A stretch of DNA of 64,000 bases from Mobula birostris (taxonomy: Eukaryota). The translations under genes were made by a program, and so were the position numbers. This document shows positions 23,720 through 35,200 of this stretch, piece by piece. The notes below the pieces were generated by a model. It was not told where the DNA came from. It made no database searches and saw only the letters and a list, made by a program, of their open reading frames with translations. Numbering within the stretch: position 1 is the first letter of the stretch; each line of letters begins with the position of its first letter. Location of the stretch: NCBI RefSeq assembly GCF_030028105.1, contig NC_092379.1, positions 19,569,309 through 19,633,308 of the forward strand, written 5' to 3'.

Positions 23720-26460
23720 CTCCAGTGGAGTATTACACTGGGGTAAAGGAAATTACAGAGTCATGAGAGAGGAGTTAGCCAACGTTGAATGGAAGGGGAC
23801 ACTAACAGAGATGATGGCAGAGGAGCAATGACAAGTATTCTGGAGGCAGGATGACATTCCATGGCTGACAAGGGAAGTCAAAGACAAAGTATAAACAAAA
23901 GAAAGGGCCTATAATAGAGCAACAACTAGTGGGGAGTTAGAGGATTGGGATGCTTTTCAAAACCAACAGAAGGCAACTAAAAAAGCTGTAGGGAGAGAAG
24001 AGATGAAATATGAAGGTAAGCTAGCCAATAATATCAAAGGGGATACCAAAAGGTTTTTCAGATATATGAAGTGTAAAAGTGAGGCGAGAGTAGATATCGG
24101 ACTGCTGGAAAATAACACTGGAGAGGTAGTAATGGGGGAACAAGGAAATGGTGGATGAATTGAATAGATATTTTCCATCAGTCTTCACTGTGGAACACGC
24201 TCACAGTTTGCCGGAGGTTTGAGAGTGTCACGGGGCATAAGGGAGAAGGTGCTTGGGAAGCTGAAAGGTCTGAAGGTAAATCAGCCACCTGGACTAGATG
24301 GACTACACCCTAGATTTCTGAAGAGGCAGCTGAAGAGATTGTGGAGATATTAAGAATAATTTTTCGAGAATCACTAGATTCTGACATGGTTCTAGAGGAC
24401 TGGAAAGCTGAAAATGTCATTCCACTCTTCAACAAGGGAAAGAGGCAGAAGAAAGCATATTATAGATCAGTTAGGCTGACCTGAGTGACTGGGAAGCTGT
24501 TGGAGATGATTGTTGAGAATGAAGTTTCAAGGTCCTTGGAGTCACATGAGAATTAAACGGGAGGAGCAGATGGCAGCCCAGCGCAGCGCGCGCAGCTGTC
24601 TGGTGAAATGATATCGTAATTGTAAGTAGGATGCCGTGCACAATCCTGATTTGTTGGAGACAGACGTTGGAAGGCACAGAGGAACATATGGAGAAATTTC
24701 TGAAATGCTCGGTTCGCTGCCGCTGCTACTGTGCGGTCGAGGATCTCTGGAGGGAAGGCCCCAAAATCCCGGCTTTGCCTGCTGCTGGCAACCGTGGCTG
24801 GGGTCGAAGCGTTCGGCAGAGGTGGTGCTCGGTACTCGGTGTTGGAGGGCTGATCGGAGCTCGAAGTTTTCGGATGACTCAGAGTTGGACTGTGGTCAGG
24901 CATGGCAGGGAGAGTTTTCTTCCTTTTCCCGTCTGCGTGAGATGTGGGACTTTCGAGAGACTTTGAACTTTTTTACTGTGGCATGGCCTGTTCTTCATCA
25001 AGTTATGGTCTTGTTGCACTGTTGTAACTATATGTTAAAATTATGTGGTTTTTGTTAGTTTTTCAGTCTTGGTCTGTCCTGTGTTTCTGTGCTATCACAC
25101 TGGAGGAATATTGTATCATTTCTTAATGCATGCATTACTAAATGACAATAAAAGAAGATTGCGTGTCCTCATGATCTAATCTAATCTAAATGGCCAAGTC
25201 AACATGGTTTCCTTCAGGGGAAATCTTGTCTGACAAACCCATTGGAATTCTTTGAGGAAATAACAAGCAGGATAGACAAAGGAGAGCTGGTGGATATTAT
25301 GTGCTTGGATTTTTAAAAAGCCTTTGACAAGATGCCACACATGAGGATGCTTAACAAGATAAGAGCCCATGGTATTACAGGAAAGATACCAGCATGGATA
25401 GAGCATTGGCTGAATGGCAGGAGGGAAAGAGCAGGAATAAAGGGAACCTTTTCTGATTGGCTGCCGGTGACTAATGGTGTTCCACAGGGGTCAGTATTGG
25501 GACCGCTTCTTTTCACATTTGGATGACAGAATTGATGGCTTTTTGGTCAAGTTTGCGGACAATATGAAGAAAGGTGAAGGGGCAGGTGTTGTTGAGGAAG
25601 CAGGTAGGCTGCAGAAGGACTTAGATTAGTGAATGGACAAACAAATGTCAGATGGAATATACTGTTGGGAAGTGTATAGTCATGCACCTTGGTAGAAGGA
25701 ATAAAAGCGTAAACTATTTTTAAACGGGGAGAATACCCAAAAATCCAAGATGCAAAGGGACTTAGGAGTTCTCGTGCAGAATTCCCTGAAGTTTAAATTG
25801 TAGCTCAGTGGTGAGGAAAACAAATGCAATGTTACCATTCATTTCAGAGGACTAGAATATAAAAACAAGGATGTAATTCTGGGTTTTTATAAGGCATTGG
25901 TGTAGTCTCACTCGGAGAGTTGAGAGCAGCTTTGGGCCCCTTATCTAAGTAAGGATGTGTTGACATTGGGCAGAGTTCAAAGGAGGTTCATGAAAATGAC
26001 TCTGGGATTGAAAGGCTAATCATATTTGGAGCATTTGATCGCTCTGGGCCTGTACTTGCTGGAATTTAGAAGAATGAGGGGGATCTCATTGAAACCTATC
26101 AAATGTTGAAAGGCCTAGATAAGGATGCATGTGCAGAGAATGTTCCCCACGGTGGGGGAGTCTAGGACCAAAGGGCACAACTTCAGAATAGAGGGACGCC
26201 CTTTTAAAACAGAGATGAGGAACAATTTGTTTAGCCTAAGGGTGGTGAATCTGTAGAATTAGTTTTCACATGCAGTTATGGAGGCCAGGTCACTGAGTGT
26301 ATTTAAAATGGTGGTTGATAAATTCTTGATAAGTCAGGGTGTAAAAGATTATGGGGAGAAGGTAAGAGAATGGGGTTGAGAGGGAAATGGATCAGCCATG
26401 ATCAAGTAGCGGAACAGACCCAATCAGCTGAATGGCCAAGTTCTGCTCCAATATCTTATG
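23720..26460 (+). mobile_element. Degenerate CR1 LINE ORF2, interrupted at 24559-25189
   Basis: KAFDKMPH and GVPQGSVLGPLLF motifs with many stops and frameshifts. Confidence 0.9.
24559..25189 (+). mobile_element. ~630-bp non-autonomous retroelement (second copy 41269-41931)
   Basis: GC-rich start (ggaggag.agatggcagc...gcgcgc), conserved end tgtcctcat and an (ATCTA)n tail. Interrupts a CR1. Confidence 0.75.
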
Positions 26461-28019
26461 GTCTATATGGTCACTGAAAGTGGAGTCACATGTAGACAGG
26501 GTGGTGAAGAAGACTGTTGGTATTGTGTGTAAAAATTGGGAGCACATGGTGGGATTGTACAAGGTGCTGGTGAGATTGCATATGGGGTATTGTGTTCAGT
26601 TTTTATTCGTCCTGCTGGTGAAAAGATGTTATTAATCTGGAAAGAGTGCAGAAAAGATTTACAGGGATGTTGCCATGACTGAGTTAAAGGGAGAAGCTGT
26701 CTAAACTAAGACTTTCCTTGGGGTGAATATACAGATTGCAGAACATATAATTTATTTACAGTTACTGAGGGGAGTCAAAATAACAGTGAGATGGATGTCT
26801 TTCTGCTACTGTACTTGGTTATTAAATCTCTAGCAACCTCCAGCTTAGATCTGGTGAAAAGCTCTGGCTTGCAGGAGACCGAGTGGAGATTTTATAGAGA
26901 TGCAAAAAATGAAGAGGGCAATGGATAGGAAAAGTTCCCACAAAATGCTGTCAATGTGACGAGCTTGGATGGGCATCTTGGTCAGCATGGACGAGTTGGG
27001 CCGAAGGGCCTGTTTCCATGCTCCTTGACTCTCTGACTCTCCAAATGCAAGTGCAATTTACCGTGGGCAATTAACCTACCAACAATCCTGTAGGATGTGG
27101 AAGAAAGACATATTTCAATGTGACATATTCATCTGAAAAGCTCCGGCAGACTCAGGAACTCCCGATGGTCTGGAATCCTCCTGTGCACTGTTTTACCCAC
27201 ATCCTCCACACTCTCAGTCTGACTGATACACTGACACCCAGTGGCTGTCGGTTGGTATTACAACAATCAGTTTGTTGTAATATTTGGAGGTGTTCCTCTG
27301 ACCCCAGTGGTTACAGTTTATCACTGCAAGGTAACAAATGCTTCGTCAAATTGTCTTCCATCCAGACACAAGAGTCTGTAAATGCTGGGATCTGGAGCTA
27401 CACACAATCTACTGGAGGAACTCAGCGGGTTGAGCAGCATCGGTGGACAGAAGCTGTCAAATCCCTGAATGAGGACAGTCCGTGAGCATCTGGTTTACAA
27501 CAGACAGAATGAAATTACCGGAGTAAAGAAAACCTGCTGATGTTGAAAATCAGAAGGAAAAACTCTTGGAAGCACTGGACAGACAATATAGATTGTACAT
27601 CAGTGGTAGCGGGAAAGAAACGGAGTGTCGGTGAGTAGACCAGATACATCTCCAAATATGCCAACTTATCTATGTCAACGATCGTCAAAACAACTAAAAT
27701 AGCAAAAGCAGAGTCCAATGAACAAGAGCTCAAATCAAGCTCTATTGAAGACATCGGATAAATGCAAATTATTGCAAGGTAATGATATATTGACAGAAAA
27801 AGCCAACGAGGGAAAGCAGGGATTGTATAAAATGTCCCATCAGTGAGAAACTACTGAATGAAAACCCTGTCCTTTCCCTGTCTGTCACTTTCAATGTGAC
27901 AAATTCATCTGAAGAGCTCCTGTAGTCTCAGGACCTTCTGGCACAATGGAATCCTCCTGTGCACTGTTTCACCCACACCGTCCAGCAGTGTCTCTGTGCC
28001 TGACTGGACGCAGTATATC

Positions 28020-29180
28020 ACCCCAGCCGACTCACAGGTGAAGTGTTGCCTTACCTGGAAGGACTGTCTGGGGCCCTGAATGGTGGTAAGGGAGGAAGTG
28101 TAAGGGCACGTGTAGCACTTGTCCCGCTTACAAGGATAAGTGCCGGAGGGAGATCGGTAGGGAGGGAGGGGGGGGTGGCAAATGGACAAGGGAGTCATGT
28201 AGGGAGCGATCCCTGTGGAAAGCAGAGCAAGGGGGGTAGGGAAAGATGTGCTTAGTGGTGGGATCCCGTTGGAGGTGGCGGAAGTTACGGAGAATAATAT
28301 GTTGGACCCGGAGGCTGGTGGGGTGGTAGGTGAGGACAAGGGGAACCCTATTCCTAGTGGGGTGGCGGGAGGATGGAGTGAGAGCAGATGTGCGTGAAAT
28401 GGGGAAGATGCGTTTGAGAGAAGAGTTGATGGTGGAGGAAGGGAAGCCCTTTTCTTTAAAAAAGGAGTACATCTCCCTCGTCCTGGAATGAAAAGCCTCA
28501 TCTTGAGAGCAGATGCGGCGGAGACGGAGGAATTGTGAGAAGAGGATGGCATTTTTGCAAGAGACAGGGTGAGAAGAGGAATAGTCCAGATAGCTGTGAG
28601 AGTCAGTAGGCTTATAGTAGACATCAGTAGATAAGCTGTCTCCAGAGATAGAGATAGAAAGATCTAGAAAGGGGAGGGAGGTGTCCAACATGGACCAGGT
28701 AAACTTGAGGGCAGGAGGAAAGTTGGAGGCAAAGTTAATGAAGTCAATGAGCTCAGCATGCCTGCAGGAAACAGTGCCAATGCAGTCGTCGATGTAGCGA
28801 AGAAAAAGTGGGAGACAGATACCAGAATAGGTTTGGAACATAGATTGTTCCAAAGCCAACAAAAAGGCAGGCATAGCTAGGACCCATACGGGTGCACATA
28901 GCTACACTTTAGTTTGGAGGAAGTGGGAGGAGCAAAAGGAGAAATTATTAAGAGTAAGGACTAATTCCGCTAGATGGAGCAGAGTGGTGGTAGAGGGGAA
29001 CTGGTTAGGTCTGGAATCCAAAAAGAAGCGGAGAGCTTTAAGACCTTCCTGATGGGGGATGGAAGTATATAGGGACTGGACATCCATGGTGAAAATAAAG
29101 TGGTGGGGGCCAGGGAACTTAAAGTCATTGAAAAGTTTCAGAGGGTGAGAAGTGTCACGAACATAGGTAGGAAGGGATTG
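28020..29180 (-). mobile_element. Penelope-like element (RT and start of GIY-YIG)
   Basis: MDVQSLYTSIPH, FLRYIDD, LPFLD, DVYYKPTDSHSYLDYSSSHP, and CKRDKCYTC...FTCES.GVIYC. Confidence 0.93.
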
Positions 29181-29249
29181 AACTTCTCACCCTCTGATAC
29201 TTTTCGATGATTTTAAGTTCCCTGGCCCCCACCGCTTTATTTTCACCAT

Positions 29250-30030
29250 GGATGGAGTTCAAACCAGAGAAGTGTGAGGTGGTACACTTTGGAAGGACAA
29301 ACTCCAAGGCAGAGTACAAAGTAAATGGCAGGATACTTGGAAGTGTGGAGGAGCAGAGGGATCTGGGGGTACATGTCCAAAGATCCCTGAAAGTTGCCTC
29401 ACAGGTAGATAGGGTAGTTAAGAAAGCTTATGGAGTGTTAGCTTTCATAAGTTGAGGGATAGAGTTTAAGAGTCGTAGGGTAATGATGCAGATCTATAAA
29501 ACTCTGGTTAGGCCACACTTGAAGTACTGTGTCTAGTTCTGGTCGCCTCACTATAGGAAGGATGTGGAAGCATTGGAAAGGGTACAGAGGAGATTTACCA
29601 GGATTCTGCCTGGTTTACAGAGTATGCATTATGATCAGAGATTAAGGGAGCTAGGGCTTTACTCTCTGGAGAGAAGGAGGATGAGAGGAGACATGATAGA
29701 GGTATACAAGATATTAAGAGGAATAGATAGAGTGGACAGCCAGCGCCTCTTCCCCAGGGCACCACTGCTCAATACAAGGGGACATGGCTTTAAGGTAAGG
29801 GGTGGAAAGTTCAAGGGGGATATTAGAGGAAGGTTTTTTACTCAGAGTGTGGTCGGTGCGTGGAATGTACTGCCTGAGTCAGTGGTGGAGGCAGATACAC
29901 TAGTGAAATTTAAGAGACTACTAGACAGGTATATGGAGGAATTTAAGGAGGGGGGTTATATGGAAGGCAGGGTTTAAGGGTCAGCATAACATTGTGGGCC
30001 GAAGGGCCTGTACTGTGCTGTGCTGTATTG
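29250..30030 (+). mobile_element. CR1 LINE 3' fragment, same subfamily as 18225-19460
   Basis: Near-identical peptide LERVQRRFTRILPGLQSM.YDQRLRELGLYSLERRR. Confidence 0.92.
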
Positions 30031-30199
30031 TTCTATTGTTTGTCCATATATCTGTGATTCCACTTTCAAGGAATTATGGATCTGTATTCCTAGATCCCTT
30101 TGTTCTGCACATCTCAGTTCCCTATTGAATTGCATTGACTTTATTCTTTCATCCTTCACATACGTGAGGAGTAAAAATCTTTACATTACATCTCCATCT

Positions 30200-30760
30200 G
30201 AATGTGCAAATTATAGTAATTTGTAAAAAGTAGCATGTTCAGTATGATATACAACAGAACAGTCAATATAGCTTAGAAATACAATTGTGTCAGTGTGAAT
30301 TAATCAGTCTGGTGGCCTTGTGGAAGAAGCTGTCCTGGAGCCTGTTGTCCTGGCTTTAATGCTGCGGTACTGTTTCCCGGATGGCAGCAGCTGGAGCAGT
30401 TTGTAGTTGGGGTGACTCGGGTCCCCAATGATCCTTTGGGCCCTTTTTGTAAATGTCCTGAATAGTGGGAAGTTCACAACTGCAGATGTGCTGGGCTGTC
30501 CGCACCACCTGTGCCCTGTGATTGAGGGAAGTACAGTTCCCATACCAGGTAGTGATACAGCCAGTCAGGATGCTCTCACTTGTACCCCATGGAAAGTCCT
30601 TAGGATTTGGGGACTGATGCCAAAGTTCTTCAACCATCTAAGGTGAAAGAGGTGCTGTTGTGCTTTTTTCACCACGCAGCTGGTATGTACAGACCAAGTG
30701 AGATCCTCGGTGATGTGTATACTGAGGAACTTGAAGCTGTTCACCCTCTCAATCCTACCA
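30200..30760 (-). mobile_element. Rex1/Babar LINE 3' fragment
   Basis: NSFKFLSIHITEDLTWS...KKAQQHLFHLR and ESILTGCITTWYGNC. Confidence 0.85.
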
Positions 30761-31257
30761 TTCACTGTGTTCTTGTCCTGGATTGTCCTGCCAAAGTGCA
30801 ACACTGTACACCCATTGGCATTATTCCCCTCTGCCGTTATTCAGTCCATCTTCCCACTGGTTCAGACCATGCTGCAATCTTGCTGCATTGGTTTATTTTG
30901 ATCGTACTGATGCTTACCAGAAGCTCCCAAATAATTCTTATCAGTGCTCCGTTATCCTTCCAGAACTCTGAGATCTATCAGGTCCCCAGTGAATTGTTTT
31001 GAGCAACCTGTCATCTTTCTTTCCAGACCAGATGAAGGGTCTCAGCCCAAAATGTTGACTGTTTACTCTTTTCCATAGATGCTGCCTGACCTGCTGGGTT
31101 CCTCCAGCATTTTGTCTGTGTTGCTTTGGATTTCCAGCATCTGCTGTATTTCTCTTGTCTGTGATGCTGCGATCTTTGTTAGCCTCCCCTACTACTTTCC
31201 CGTACTTGATCTCTTCTTCAAATTTGCTGATGCAGTTTCTAAACAGATGATGATCAA

Positions 31258-32095
31258 TGTCACGTGATCGGCAACAATGAATATATCGAGTCAGGATTTA
31301 TAAACAAACAAGCATTTATTAAACCCTGATAAACAATGAAAAAAACCGAAAACCCTAACTGGAAGTAAACGGCTATACAGCCATTCAGTAAACCGCTACT
31401 CAGTACTAGTTCTTAAAGCAATAAATGCCAAACCAGTTCTTAAAGCGATACATTCAAACACAGTTCCTCGAATGGTAAATTTTAAAGTCCAAGAGATTTA
31501 TATAGTCAATTAGGAGAGACTTTCATGAAGTAACGAATTCCTCGAAGACACGACGTCACTGCCACTCCCAGTCGGATCCTGCCTTGTCTACAGGATTCAC
31601 GACGACGGAAATAAAATGGTTTTAAAGGCACTGACATTCCTCCGTAGAATAGATCCTGCTCAGCCTTTTCTACCACTTTTGGCAAAGGCTATCTCATGCA
31701 GATCACTCTTTCTTGAATGAATTCAATAATGGTTGATCCTTTCCAAACCCGTCGAACGTCTCCTTCAGGGTCCCGTCTTCACTGTCCAATGTTACTGAAA
31801 AGATACATTAACAAACCTGGCAGCGATTGATCAAACTACCGGTCCAGACTTCTGTACCTTACAATAGAACATAAAACTCCGTTTAAAATCAAAACTGCGT
31901 CATAATGCAAATACGCAGCGGAGCTGAGTATCTCATTGACGTTCTAACTGGAAAAACTAACTGCGTCACCAGGGGTCTTCCCTTTTATACCCGTGGTGAA
32001 CTCACATCGGCAGGAAAATTACATCAGGTGACCTTCAAAAGACCATTACATCATCCTCACAAGACAGTCACAAGATCTCCATGAGGTATGTAACA
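31258..32095 (-). mobile_element. Solo LTR
   Basis: TGTCAC...GTAACA termini with a perfect 5-bp ATCAA target duplication. AATAAA lies on the minus strand near 31316. Confidence 0.88.
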
Positions 32096-32712
32096 ATCAA
32101 CAACAGATCCAACGCTGACCCCTGCTGCACACCCCTAGTCACAGCCCTCCAGTCAGAGAGACTTGTGTACTTCCACTCTGTCTTCTCCCGCTAAGACAAT
32201 TTACTACTGCAACTTCAACACCAAGTGACTTAATCTTCAGGACGAGCCCCCTATGTGGTACTCTGTCAAAGGCCTTGCTAGAGTCCATGTAAACAAGGTT
32301 TTCCCTTCATCAACCTGCTCGGTTCTACAGACTTACCATGGGGAACATCCTGACAGGCTGCACCACTGTCTGATATGGGTGGCGGCAGGGGCACGACTGC
32401 ACAGAAGTTACAGTAAGTTGTAAAATTAGTCAGCGCCATCTCGGGTACCACCCTCCATAGTATCCAAGACATCTTCAAGGAATGGTGCCTCAGAAAGGAG
32501 CCAACATTAAGGATATCACTCAGGACATGCCCCCTTCTCATTGTTACCGTCAGGAACGAGGTACAGAAACCTGAAGGCACACACACAGTGATTCAGGAAC
32601 AATTTCTTTCCCTGTCATCTGATTTCTGAATGGACATTGAACCCATGAACATTACTTCACTACTTTTTTATATTATTTCTGTTTTGCACTTTTAAAATCT
32701 ATTTAATACACA

Positions 32713-33284
32713 TGAAACACTCCGGTTCCGTCGGCTGTGTAAGCCTAGGGAAGACAATCTCCGGCCCCGCTAAACGTGTGAGATTGAAGCGCAAACCCCT
32801 CAAATCCCTCTGTTTGTGTGGATGCTGTGTGATTCGTACCCCGTTACAAATAAGTACCAGAAAATAACAGACAGTACACCCCATACAATTAAATGATTTA
32901 GCTTTATAATTCTTAATTTGACTAAAGGGTTAGTAAAGAAAAAGCAAAAGAAAAAGAAAAGGGCCCATTTTAATGAAATAGCCTAATGTGCACAAGTTGG
33001 AGCTCATGGTTTCCCCTTCGCTGATCCTCTTTTGATCTTCCTGGGCTTTGTCAGATCATGGCCCCGCTCCGGGTCGAGTCCTACGACCTCTTCTCTCCGG
33101 CGTCTTCTCCCTTCATCTCCCACTGAACAAAAGACCCAGCTCACACCGGTGTCAGGCACACAACACGAAAAACACACTCCCTTCATTGGACATCTCACAT
33201 TCCAAAGCACCCGTTATCTCTAATCATAACCCAAACACTGCTTCTACAGAAAGACCATTATGAAACATTTCCCAGGGTGTTACA
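32713..33284 (-). mobile_element. Solo LTR inserted in a Rex1 tail; related to 54316-55010
   Basis: TGAAACAC...GTGTTACA termini and imperfect CACA/CATA duplication. Shares the tttgtgtggatgctgtgtga...caattaaatgattta block with the 54-kb element. Confidence 0.7.
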
Positions 33285-33394
33285 CATATGTATACTTTAA
33301 TTGATTTACTTATTTATTTTTTTCTTTCTATATCATCATGTATTGCATTGTACTGCTGCTGCTAAGTTAACAAATTTCACGACACATGCCAATA

Positions 33395-35200
33395 GACAAT
33401 AGACAATAGGTGCAGGAGTAGGCCATTCAGCCCTTTGAGCCAGTGCCCCCATTCACTGTGATCATGGCTGATCATCCACAATCAGTACCCTTTTCCTGCC
33501 TTCTCCCCATATCCCTTGACTCCTCTATTTTTAAGAGCTCCATCTAACTCTTTCTTGAAAGAATCCAGAGAATTGGCCTCCACTGCCTTCTGAGGCAGAG
33601 CAATCCACAGAACCACAACCCTCTGTGTGAAAAAGTTTTTCCTCAAATCCATTCTAAATGGTCTACCCTTTATTCTTAAACTGTGGCCTCTGGTTCTGGA
33701 CTCCCCCAACATCGGGAACATGTTTCCTGCCTCTAGCGTGTCCAATCCCTTAATATTCTTATATGTTTCAATCAGATACTAAACCAATGATAATAAACCT
33801 GATTCTAATTCTGATTCTGGTAATGTCCTCAAAAAACTCTTTTAAGATCGGTTCAACACAATGTACCACGCACAATGCATGTTGACTGTCCCTAACCAGG
33901 CCCTGACTATCCGGATGCTTATACATCCTGTTCAGTAGAATACCTTCCAATAATTTACCCACAATTAATATCAGACTCACTGGCCCCTAGTTGCCTGGCT
34001 TGTTCTCAGAGCCTGTCTTGAACAATGGAACAGCATTCGGTATCCTCCAGTCCTCCGGCACATTGCCCGTGGTTAAGAATGTTTTAAGTAACTCTGTCAC
34101 GGCTGCTGTGGTTTCTGAACTTGTCTCCCGTGAGGACCAAAGGGACACCTTGTCAAGCTCTGGGGATTTTTCCACCCTAACTTCCCTCAAGTAAACACCC
34201 CCTCATCTGTTATCTGGATACAGTCCATGGCCCCACTATTGTTTTTCCTCAGTTCTATGGAGTTTGTGTCTGTCTGCTGAGAAAGTACAGATGCAGAGAA
34301 TTCATTTGAGATCTCATCCATCTTTTCCTGTTCCACACACAGATGACCATGCTGATCTTCAAGAGAAGCAATTCTGCCCATTACTATCCTTTTGCTCTTA
34401 ACATATTGATGAAATCCCCTGGGATTTTCTTTCACCTTGTCTGTCAGAGCAACATCATGTCTCGTTTTAGTTCTCCTGATTTCTGTCTTACATGTTCTTT
34501 TGCATTTCTCATACTGAAGTGCCTCATTTGATCCTAACTCCCCATGTGTAATCTTCACCTCCTCCTTCTTCACAAGTGCCCCAATACCCTGAAAAACTAA
34601 GCTTCCCTAAATCTTTTAGCTGTGCCTTTATTCCTAGCAGGAACATACAGATCCTGGACATTCAATCTTTTTCTTTTGAAGACCTTCCACTAACCAAGTA
34701 TCCCTTTGCAGGAAACCAACCTATCCCAGTCCATGTCTGCCTGATCTCTTCTGATGCCATCAAAATTGGCCTTCCTCCTGTTTTCAATGTCCACCTGAGG
34801 ACCAATCCTGTCCTTCTCCATAATTATCCTGAAAACGATCAGTAGAGCAAAACAGTTTTCGCCTGCACACACGTCTGTCACCTGCCCTGTCTCGTTCCCT
34901 GAGGAGATCCACTATCCTGACCTCTGCATTTTGATTAAAGAATCTTTTAAGAACACATCTGACAAACTCTATCACATGCATCGCATTTAGAGTAGGCACA
35001 GTGTCTGTATTCCTTCCACATCCGTCCCCACTCCATGGCAGCATATTACCTTCCTCCCGTACCCCCTTCAGGCCCTGCCCCTCCTCAGAATAACGACAAA
35101 CCATGCAGATGGTAAAAACTATCATGGGGAATCTGATCAGGTTACGCTGTGCTCTTTTGCTAGGGTTGCTTGAGCTGTTGGGGAGCATCTAAAATAACTT
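33395..35200 (-). mobile_element. Patchwork of CR1 fragments
   Basis: Peptides ESRTRGHSLRIKGRPF, KSPELDKV, VPEDWRIPNAVPLFK and NFDGIRRD. Confidence 0.85.

Noticed and set aside
24471-25058. Overlapping ORFs in the GC-rich element (also 41051-41737 and 48409-49222)
   Set aside because: Stop-poor because of base composition; frames are not conserved between copies.
27895-28000. NLR/NACHT pseudo-exon
   Set aside because: Only a vague resemblance; no Walker A motif follows.
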